From: Candidatus Saccharimonadota bacterium
GTDB taxonomy: Bacteria; Patescibacteriota; Patescibacteriia; 2-12-FULL-60-25
Direction of reading: 5' to 3'
Length of the DNA stretch: 32,000 bases
Assembly: GCA_016699205.1 (NCBI GenBank)
Contig: CP064964.1
Span: 1,020,001 to 1,052,000, forward strand
The notes beneath the pieces were generated by a model. It was not told where the DNA came from. It did not search any database and saw only the letters and a program-made list of their open reading frames with translations. Of this stretch, positions 24,425-31,983 are shown piece by piece; positions within the stretch are counted from its first letter, which is position 1, and each line of letters opens with the position of its first letter. The position numbers and the translations under genes are program-made.

Positions 24425-26058
24425 TCACCTGGTTTAAACGCGTCTGGAATGGGGAGACCGACGGCCTTACGGCTGCGGCATTTATTGTCGGTGCTTCCTC
24501 GCTTGCTTCCCGTTTGCTCGGATTGGTACGCGATCGTGTTTTAGCCGGGACATTTGGCGCTGGAGCATCGCTTGATGCGTATTATGCGGCGTTTCGTTTG
24601 CCAGATACGGTTTATAACTTGCTGATTCTTGGTGCCATTTCTGCCGGATTTATTCCGGTTTTTACCGAGTATTTGGAAACCAAGGGAAAGGATGCGGCGG
24701 CTAAGCTCGCGGGACAAGTTTTAACGACGGTCGGAGCCTGTCTTGCTGTTGCGAGTGCTTTTGTGGCGTTATTTGCGCCTGCGATTTTACCGATGATTGT
24801 TCCGGGATTTGATGCGGATACGCTTGCAAAAACGATTGAGCTGACGCGCGTCATGTCGATCTCACCGTTTTTGCTAGGACTTTCAGCAGTGATCGGCGGA
24901 GTGATGCAGTCGATGAAGCGTTATGTCGGTTTTGCGCTTGCGCCGGTGTTTTATAACTTGGGAATTGTTGTCGGAACGATGGTTCTGGCGCCTCACATGG
25001 GTATTTTGGGAGCTGCTTATGGCGTTGTGTTTGGAGCCGTAATGCATTTTTTGGTCCAGGCATCGACTCTAGGTTCTTTCCCACTTGGGAAATTGCCGTG
25101 GCCGTCTTTTTCTTCCAGAGGCGTCAGACGAATTATCGCGTTGATGGGTCCGCGTACCGCGGCTCTCGGTATTTCACAGGTTAATTTGGTTTTTTTGCTG
25201 TCCATCGCTACCACGATTGAGCCAGGTGCCGTTTCTGTTTTTAATCTTGCGAATAATTTGCAGATGTTTCCGGTTGGCTTGATCGGTATCTCGTTTGCGA
25301 TTGCGGCATTTCCGGCCTTATCAAAAGCGCATGCCGTTGAAGATGATGATGGCTATCGCAACGCGCTGTCTGCTGCTGCGCGTAAAGTAATTTTTTTAAT
25401 TATTCCCGCGACGGCTATATTTATTCTGCTTCGTGCGCAGATTGTGCGTTTGGCACTTGGAGACGGCCAATTTAATTGGAATGACACGATTCGTACCGCG
25501 GATGCGCTCGCTTGGTTTGCTGTTTCATTGCTTGCGCAGTCGCTTGTGCCGCTTCTCGCGCGAGCGTTTTATGCGCTGCAGGATACGTGGACGCCATTTT
25601 GGATCAGTGTCGCAGCTGAAGCCGTGCTTATCGGTTTGGCATTTTTTTTACGCGAGCCGTTTGGCGTGATGGGGTTGGCGATGGCATTTTCCGCTGCCGC
25701 TCTTGTGCAGTGTTTGCTGCTTGGATTGTTTTTACGTCGATTATTTGGCCAACTTGGAAAAGGGGAGTCGCTTATTTCCACATACAAAACCGCGATTGCG
25801 ACCGTCGCGCTTTGCACGGCGGCGTTTCCGGTACGCCAATGGTTGGGAACGATTTATAACCTGGAAACGACTTGGCAAGTTGTTTTACAGACAAGCGGAA
25901 CATTGCTGGCAGGCGGATGCGCTTTTTTGCTGACGGCTTGGCTGGTCCGATCGCCGGAATTGGTTGAATTTCGCATGGCAGCAGAGAGACGCTTGTTTAA
26001 AAAGGCTAAAGTTGCCGAGGGGGCTGAGGAAGCGAGCGGCATGGCTAAGACCCATTGA
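24421..26058 (+). CDS. murJ: Lipid II flippase MurJ (MviN)
   Basis: 545 aa, about 14 TM, with the MurJ-typical N-terminal block SRLLGLVRDRVLAGTFGAGASLDAYYAAFRLPD. Confidence 0.92.
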   Translation: MITWFKRVWNGETDGLTAAAFIVGASSLASRLLGLVRDRVLAGTFGAGASLDAYYAAFRLPDTVYNLLILGAISAGFIPVFTEYLETKGKDAAAKLAGQVLTTVGACLAVASAFVALFAPAILPMIVPGFDADTLAKTIELTRVMSISPFLLGLSAVIGGVMQSMKRYVGFALAPVFYNLGIVVGTMVLAPHMGILGAAYGVVFGAVMHFLVQASTLGSFPLGKLPWPSFSSRGVRRIIALMGPRTAALGISQVNLVFLLSIATTIEPGAVSVFNLANNLQMFPVGLIGISFAIAAFPALSKAHAVEDDDGYRNALSAAARKVIFLIIPATAIFILLRAQIVRLALGDGQFNWNDTIRTADALAWFAVSLLAQSLVPLLARAFYALQDTWTPFWISVAAEAVLIGLAFFLREPFGVMGLAMAFSAAALVQCLLLGLFLRRLFGQLGKGESLISTYKTAIATVALCTAAFPVRQWLGTIYNLETTWQVVLQTSGTLLAGGCAFLLTAWLVRSPELVEFRMAAERRLFKKAKVAEGAEEASGMAKTH

Positions 26059-26109
26059 CAGCGAGGTAATAATTTGATTCTATCATCTCTGGCTTGAAAC
26101 GGAGGTTTT

Positions 26110-26589
26110 ATGCCCGAGCATGTTTGGGAATCAAAGCCCGAATACGAGGGTTCGCCTTACGAGAGGCGGAGATGCGCCGTCTGTCATCTCGATGATGGAC
26201 GAAATAAAAACGATGGTACTTGGCTACCGCATGCTGAGAACTTGAAGTGGCGCGTCACGACGCCGTGCATCGAGCCTGTACCCGAGAAGATCAGCTATCA
26301 TCTGCTGGTCGAGGAGATCTTCTCCGCCTTCTCCGACAAGCGAAAGGCCCAGGATCTCCTGAACCGTATCCGCTGTATCGGCGTGCCGGGCAATTGGGCG
26401 GTGGGAATCGTGATCAGCGGCCGAGTGACCTACCCTGAGGTCAAGGAGCCGTTCAAGGACTACGACTACGGTTTTGCCGAGGTGCTGCGCTGGCTGCGGG
26501 CCCGGCAATTCGATCCCTACAGGTATTCGGATCTTCACTATCGAGAACGGCTCGCAGATCGGAGCGATTGCTGCATCGACAGCGACTGA
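26110..26589 (+). CDS. Hypothetical protein (159 aa), GC-rich cassette D
   Basis: GGAGG SD 4 nt upstream and own G/C-rich terminator. Contains a CAVCH motif. No family recognised. Confidence 0.7.
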   Translation: MPEHVWESKPEYEGSPYERRRCAVCHLDDGRNKNDGTWLPHAENLKWRVTTPCIEPVPEKISYHLLVEEIFSAFSDKRKAQDLLNRIRCIGVPGNWAVGIVISGRVTYPEVKEPFKDYDYGFAEVLRWLRARQFDPYRYSDLHYRERLADRSDCCIDSD

Positions 26590-26596
26590 ACAGTGC

Positions 26597-26630
26597 GCCC
26601 GTCCAGAACTCTGGACGGGCGTTCGATTTT
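26597..26630 (+). terminator. G/C-rich terminator of cassette D
   Basis: GCCCGTCCAG-aact-CTGGACGGGC followed by GTTCGATTTT. Confidence 0.8.
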
Positions 26631-26648
26631 CCGCTAGATTGAGGCCCA

Positions 26649-28454
26649 ATGGAACAGTCTCGCATCCGCAATTTTTGCATTATCGCCCATATTGATCACG
26701 GCAAGTCTACGCTTGCCGATCGTTTGCTTGAGATCACGGGAACGATCGAGAAGCGCAAGATGAAGGAGCAATTGCTCGATACCATGGATTTGGAGCGCGA
26801 GCGCGGTATTACGATCAAGCTTCAGCCGGCGCGCATGGCTTACAAGGCCAAGGATGGTACGGAATATGAGCTTAATTTGATCGACACGCCTGGACACGTC
26901 GACTTTAATTATGAAGTCTCGCGTTCACTCGCTGCCGTTGAAGGTGCGGTTTTGCTAGTTGACTCGACACAGGGCGTTCAGGCGCAGACGATCGCTAACT
27001 TGTATTTGGCGATTGAGCAGAATCTGACGATTATCCCGGTGCTGAATAAAATCGATTTGCCAAACTCGGATGTGGAGCGTCGTGCTGCTGAGTTGATGCA
27101 GTTGATTGGCTGCAAGCGTGAAGAGATTTTGTCAGCTTCGGGAAAGTCGGGTGCGGGTGTTCCGGAGATTTTGGAACGTATCGTAAAAGATGTTCCGCCG
27201 CCGCAGGGTTCACGCGAGAAGCCATTCCGCGCGATGATTTTTGATTCCAAGTACGACGACTATCAGGGTGTTGTGGCTTATGTACGTTGTATTGACGGAC
27301 ATCTTGAGAAAAATAGCGGCGTCGCATTCAAAGCTTCCAAGGCGATTGGATCGGCATTAGAGATCGGCTACATGAATCCGCAGCATTTTTCTAGCGGGCA
27401 TATGGAGGCGGGGGATATTGGTTATCTTGTGACGGGTTTGAAAGATATTGGGGCTGTGCGTGTCGGTGATACGGTTGTGAGCGCGTCGCAGGCAAGTGAG
27501 ACGGAGGCGTTGGCCGGTTATAAGGATGCGCGTCCGATGGTATACGCCGGCGTGTTTCCGCAAGAAGGAAATGAATACGAGAAATTGCGCGATGCGATTT
27601 TGAAATTGAAATTGAATGATGCAGCACTGACATTTGAGCCGGAACACTCGATGGCTCTTGGATTTGGTTTCCGCGTTGGTTTGCTTGGCATGCTGCACTT
27701 GGAAATCGTGCAGGAGCGTTTGAGCCGTGAATTCAATATGGACGTCGTTATTACGACGCCGTCTGTAGGATATGAAGTTTTGTTGACGGATGGAACGGAG
27801 ATGTCAGTGAAATCGCCGAGCGGATTTCCTGATCCGTCCCGTATCGAGCTGACGCGCGAGCCTTGGTCGCGAGTCGATATTTTGTGTCCAAAGGAATATT
27901 TGGGAAATGTTATGGCTCTTGTTCAGGATCGACGCGGTATTTACAAGAATACGGAATATCTGGATGTGACTCGTGCGCTTTTGCATTATGAAATGCCGCT
28001 GGCCTCGGTTATCGTCGATTTTTATGACAAACTGAAAGGTGTGACGGCTGGATACGCATCGCTCAACTATGAGTTCATGGATTATCGTGAATCGGATGTG
28101 GTGAAGCTCACGATTATGGTTGCTGATGAGCCCGTAGAAGCTTTGGCGACGCTGCTTCATTCAAGCGAGGCTCAGCGACGCGGCAAGGAAATTGTCGAGA
28201 CCTTGAAGGAAGAGCTGCCGCGGCAGCAGTTCGTGATCAAGCTCCAGGCTTCTGTTGGAGCCAAGATTATTGCGTCGGAAAGAATCTCTGCCTTCCGCAA
28301 AGATGTGACGGGTTACTTGTATGGCGGAGATGTCACGCGTAAAATGAAATTGCTGGAGAAGCAGAAGAAGGGTAAGAAACGTATGTTGGCGCATGGAAAA
28401 GGCTCGGTTGAGATTCCGCCGGATGCGTTTATCAAAGTATTGCGCCGCGGATAG
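26649..28454 (+). CDS. lepA: Elongation factor 4 (LepA)
   Basis: IRNFCIIAHIDHGKSTLADRLL, DTPGHVDF, NKIDL; 601 aa with the LepA C-terminal domain. Confidence 0.95.
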   Translation: MEQSRIRNFCIIAHIDHGKSTLADRLLEITGTIEKRKMKEQLLDTMDLERERGITIKLQPARMAYKAKDGTEYELNLIDTPGHVDFNYEVSRSLAAVEGAVLLVDSTQGVQAQTIANLYLAIEQNLTIIPVLNKIDLPNSDVERRAAELMQLIGCKREEILSASGKSGAGVPEILERIVKDVPPPQGSREKPFRAMIFDSKYDDYQGVVAYVRCIDGHLEKNSGVAFKASKAIGSALEIGYMNPQHFSSGHMEAGDIGYLVTGLKDIGAVRVGDTVVSASQASETEALAGYKDARPMVYAGVFPQEGNEYEKLRDAILKLKLNDAALTFEPEHSMALGFGFRVGLLGMLHLEIVQERLSREFNMDVVITTPSVGYEVLLTDGTEMSVKSPSGFPDPSRIELTREPWSRVDILCPKEYLGNVMALVQDRRGIYKNTEYLDVTRALLHYEMPLASVIVDFYDKLKGVTAGYASLNYEFMDYRESDVVKLTIMVADEPVEALATLLHSSEAQRRGKEIVETLKEELPRQQFVIKLQASVGAKIIASERISAFRKDVTGYLYGGDVTRKMKLLEKQKKGKKRMLAHGKGSVEIPPDAFIKVLRRG

Positions 28455-28478
28455 TACCCTTGATTTCTATCGATATCT

Positions 28479-28577
28479 ATGTTATCTAAACAAGGCCACC
28501 CGCTGATCGTTAAAGTGTTTGCAGGATTCATGATCTTTGCAACCATTTTATTCTTAGTGGGACCGTTCCTGAACTAA
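28479..28577 (+). CDS. Possible 32-aa hydrophobic micro-ORF
   Basis: My translation is MLSKQGHPLIVKVFAGFMIFATILFLVGPFLN. One TM-like stretch; no SD or obvious promoter. Confidence 0.2.
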   Translation: MLSKQGHPLIVKVFAGFMIFATILFLVGPFLN

Positions 28578-28593
28578 TTACACGGAGGATTTC

Positions 28594-28776
28594 GTGTCGC
28601 CAAAAAAAGACGTGGATACGTCCTTGTCCAGTGCATGCGAAGAGGTCGAGGATCGTGAACCGCAACGCCCAGTGTGGTGGCGCGGTCCGACCAAGACCAC
28701 CGGCCTTCTGTCGCCTCGCGAGCTGCGCGAGATGGCGAATGCCGACTGCCGTTTCCTCGACGAGGAAGCGTCGTGA
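28594..28776 (+). CDS. Hypothetical acidic protein (60 aa), cassette E gene 1 (GTG start)
   Basis: GGAGGA SD (28584-28589) 4 nt before the GTG. Its stop overlaps the next start (GTGA at 28773-28776). Confidence 0.55.
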   Translation: MSPKKDVDTSLSSACEEVEDREPQRPVWWRGPTKTTGLLSPRELREMANADCRFLDEEAS

Positions 28777-29045
28777 GCGGCGCCTCGATCACGCCAGAGC
28801 TGCGCGCAGAAATGCGTGAACGCGTCATCCGCTACGAACAGGAGCTGCGTTCGGATCAATCGTTTTGTCAGCCTTCGCAGATCATCGATCGGGATGCCGT
28901 CCCTGTGAAGCTCGGCGACTACACGGAAGAGCAGATCGATCTCATCATCAGGATCGAGCGCTCGCTCGACCATGGCAAGCCTGGCGAGACTGAGGACGAG
29001 AGGCTCGCACGCGCTCTTCAGCGCTACATTCTTGGTGGAATCTGA
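28773..29045 (+). CDS. Hypothetical acidic protein (90 aa), cassette E gene 2 (GTG start)
   Basis: GAGGA lies 6 nt upstream and GTG overlaps the upstream TGA. The track ORF 28674-29045 is trimmed to this coupled start. A terminator follows. Confidence 0.6.
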   Translation: MSGASITPELRAEMRERVIRYEQELRSDQSFCQPSQIIDRDAVPVKLGDYTEEQIDLIIRIERSLDHGKPGETEDERLARALQRYILGGI

Positions 29046-29053
29046 AGCTCTAT

Positions 29054-29093
29054 GACCCCGCTCGACGACTGTCGGTCGGGGTCTTGCTTTTTA
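29054..29093 (+). terminator. G/C-rich terminator of cassette E
   Basis: GACCCCG...CGAC-gact-GTCG...CGGGGTC followed by TTGCTTTTTATC. Confidence 0.75.
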
Positions 29094-29132
29094 TCTTCCA
29101 CGAGGCATGCCGGATTGCGACAATGCTGACTC

Positions 29133-30853
29133 ATGGAAAAGCGTTGGCAGGTGGCGGAATCTTGTCCGCCGGAATTTGTTCAAACTATCGGCCAACCGAT
29201 CGTGGCGCAGTTGTTATGGAATCGCGGAATTCGGGAGCGGGCTGAGGCGGATGCATTTCTCTCGCCGTCCTGGGAGCACCATGTTCATGATGCCCTACAG
29301 TTCCGACAAATGGAGGCGGCGGTGGTACGCGTTTTTGATGCGATGGAAAAAGGGGAGAGGATTACCGTTCATGGTGATTATGATGCGGACGGTGTGACGG
29401 GATCGACCTTGATTATCAATGTTTTGAAAGAGATCGCCAAAAAAATGGGAAGCGAGGCTGTGGTGGATTATTATATTCCGCATCGCGACAAGGAGGGGTA
29501 TGGATTGCATCGCGACACGGTTCCTAAATTGAAAGAAAGGGGAACGGCTTTAATCATTACGGTTGACTGCGGGATTGCCTGTGTTGAGGAGATTGCCTTA
29601 GCAAAAATAGACGGGATCGATACGATTGTCGTTGATCATCATACGTTTGGTGAAACGGTTCCGGACGGACATCTGATTCATCCAGGTTTGCCGGAAGAGA
29701 CGTATCCGTTCAAGCATCTCGCGGCGGTTGGCGTTGCGTATAAATTTGCCTGTGCTTTGCTGACTCGGGCGCGTGAGCGCGGGTTGGATTTTGTGGAGGG
29801 GTGGGAAAAGTGGCTGCTGGATCTTGTGGCGATTGCGACGGTGACGGATATGGTGCCGTTGGTCGGGGAGAATCGCGTGCTTGAGACATTTGGGCTTACG
29901 GTTTTGAATAAAACCAAGAGACCGGGATTTTTGGCGCTATTTGAAATGGCGGGTGTTGAGCCTGGGCAGATTACTTCCGAGACCGTCGGTTTTGCGATCG
30001 GGCCGCGTATTAATGCCGCGGGACGCATGGACCATGCGACGGTTGCGCTTCGACTTTTACTTTCAGAATCGATGGATGAAGCGCGGCTTATCGCGAGAGA
30101 ACTAGAGGATTTAAACAAAGCGAGACAAGACGCGACGAAGAAAATGATGGTGGAGGCGGAAAAAATCGTTGGTGATGATGTGAAGGATAATGTGATTGTG
30201 GTTTGGAAAGAGAATTGGTCGCCGGCTCTTGTCGGACTCGTTGCTGGACGATTTATGGAGAAGTTTTCTCGACCGGTGGTCGCTGTCGGAAAGCATGGGG
30301 ATCATTGGATTGGGTCGGGGAGATCGATATCGACTTATAATATTACGGATGCCGTGAAAGCTTCTGGTGAAGGAATTCTGACAAGAAGCGGTGGTCATGT
30401 GCAGGCTTGCGGATTTGCATTGACAGACGGTGATCAGTTGTCAGTTTTCAGTGATCGGTTAAAGAGCATGCGCGATCGATTTCTGCCGAAGAGCTGACGC
30501 CGTTGCTTTCTATCGATGCAGAAATGACGCTGGCTGCGGTTGCGATGGATGTGGCGGAAGCGGTGAAGCGATTGGAACCATATGGAATGGGAAATGCGCT
30601 TCCGATTTTTTTATCCAAGCGCTGCAAGATTCTTTCTTCCGACACGATGGGTTCGACGGGAAATCATTTACGGATGCAGCTTGCGGATGGTTCGGGGAGA
30701 GCGGTGAAGGCGGTTGGTTTTAAGATGGGTGGTCGAATTCTTGAAGCTTTGATGGGGAAAGAGATTGATGTTGTTTATAATCTTTCGATTAATGAGTGGA
30801 ATGGGCGGAGGACGGCGGAATGTCGATTGATTGATTTTCGGGCGAGCGCATAA
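29133..30853 (+). pseudogene. recJ: Single-stranded-DNA exonuclease RecJ split by a 1-nt frameshift (or a sequencing error)
   Basis: DHH motifs HGDYDADGVTG, VDCG, VVDHH in 29133-30497. The C-terminal part (SAEELTPLLSIDAEMTL...EPYGMGN) continues in frame 2, open from 30455. One extra T in TTT at 30480-30482 would give one ~573-aa ORF. Confidence 0.88.
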
Positions 30854-30882
30854 ATAGAAAATGCTTTGCGTTAGCCAAGAAT

Positions 30883-30911
30883 TTGACAAAATAGCTGTTT
30901 TTTAGTATAGT
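30883..30911 (+). promoter_or_regulatory. Near-consensus sigma70 promoter of cassette F
   Basis: TTGACA (30883-30888), 17 nt, TATAGT (30906-30911). Confidence 0.65.
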
Positions 30912-30917
30912 TGATCG

Positions 30918-30946
30918 TTAGTCAAAATTTTCACTATTTTGGCTAA
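30918..30946 (+). promoter_or_regulatory. Palindromic operator or 5' stem-loop at about +1 of the cassette F promoter
   Basis: TTAGTCAAAAT-N7-ATTTTGGCTAA (10/11 complementary). A third half-site, TTAGCCAAGAAT, lies at 30871-30882 next to the -35. Confidence 0.5.
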
Positions 30947-31061
30947 TTTTAGTTCGGAAGTGGTCCTTGGAGGTCGACTTGTGGGCGCGGATGGTCTGTG
31001 TCCATGATTGAGTGCCTTTCAAAGGACGCGGTTCACGGCAATACCGTGACGGGAGGCTGAT

Positions 31062-31925
31062 ATGAGCTGGAGCACACGTAGTCCTCTGGAAGCGGCGGCG
31101 CTATCGAGGGCGGAGACCGCAGAAAAGACTTACGAAGCAGATCAGCGCTATCGTCTGAGCCAGCAGGTTCCGATGGCGAGTGAATCTGGCCTGAGAAGCG
31201 AGTTCGACCAGGGGAGAAAAGATTTTCTCAAAATGAACTTCGATGACTATCTTCACAGGATCGTTGTCGATATCGATGCGGATCTCCCTACCTTGCGCCG
31301 TATCGTCCGATGTCCATTTCACCCCCCGACCAAGAATGGGTTCGGCTGCGATCAGCCATGGTTTGAGAATGACGAATTCTTTTCTTTGAGAGGATATCGT
31401 TACAATTGGACTCGGCACAGATCCTGCAAGGATGAGGTTCTGTACAAGTCAAACCCTGATCGCGACTGCGCGCCTCATCTTGATTGCGATCAGAATCGCG
31501 ATGTGTTCATTGCGCCGGTTCCCCACCACTTTTTGGCTTCTGGGATTTGCGATGTCTTGGAGCCTCTTGCTGCCTATGCAGACCGGCGAGGATTCCGGTT
31601 TGCAATGGAGTTGGAGATGGCCGCATTTGCGGCACAGCACCCTTGGTCTGTGAACAACGGGAATTCGATCATCGCGCTCGGCGCATCCAGGCTGCACTCA
31701 TCGCCGTACTCATTTCGTCATGAAGATGTGGATGTCTATCTTGAGATCCACAATGAGGGTGCTATTCGCCACCTTCACCGGATGAGCGGCCCATCGCTTG
31801 ATCGGCATTGTGATGCTGTCCGTCGTTTTGCAAACGACAGCTTGAACTGTGGTCTCGTGTACCGTAATCATGTCCTGCAAGAAAACGACCGAATTCTCTT
31901 GGTCAAGAAGACGGGTCCGTTGTAG
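31062..31925 (+). CDS. Hypothetical Cys/His-rich protein (287 aa), cassette F
   Basis: GGGAGG SD 5 nt upstream, about 140-nt leader, own terminator. No family recognised. Confidence 0.7.
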   Translation: MSWSTRSPLEAAALSRAETAEKTYEADQRYRLSQQVPMASESGLRSEFDQGRKDFLKMNFDDYLHRIVVDIDADLPTLRRIVRCPFHPPTKNGFGCDQPWFENDEFFSLRGYRYNWTRHRSCKDEVLYKSNPDRDCAPHLDCDQNRDVFIAPVPHHFLASGICDVLEPLAAYADRRGFRFAMELEMAAFAAQHPWSVNNGNSIIALGASRLHSSPYSFRHEDVDVYLEIHNEGAIRHLHRMSGPSLDRHCDAVRRFANDSLNCGLVYRNHVLQENDRILLVKKTGPL

Positions 31926-31944
31926 GTTGAGCGTTTCTACTTGG

Positions 31945-31983
31945 CAGTCCGTACCGACTTACTGGTACGGGCTGTTTTCGTTT
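31945..31983 (+). terminator. Terminator of cassette F
   Basis: 11-bp stem CAGTCCGTACC/GGTACGGGCTG, 8-nt loop, then TTTTCGTTT. Confidence 0.8.

Noticed and set aside
26054-26109. A defined promoter for cassette D (TTGACA overlapping the murJ stop, with TATCAT)
   Set aside because: The spacer is 20 nt by my count, which is outside the usual 16-19 nt. I could not find a convincing alternative -10, so no promoter feature is reported.
26224-26695. ORFs 26224-26649 (-), 26247-26438 (+), 26453-26680 (-), 26474-26695 (+) and 26634-26897 (-)
   Set aside because: They are antisense or offset frames of cassette D and the lepA start, crossing the terminator hairpin. No initiation signals.
28574-28973. 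Minus-strand ORFs 28578-28973 (131 aa) and 28574-28828 as the real gene of cassette E
   Set aside because: No SD or promoter on that side, and the C-terminal half is an R/S-rich low-complexity stretch. The + strand has SDs, start/stop coupling and a downstream terminator.
28594-29045. Calling cassette E a type II toxin-antitoxin system
   Set aside because: Only the two-gene overlapping geometry fits. Both proteins are net acidic by my count and lack a recognisable DNA-binding or toxin fold motif.
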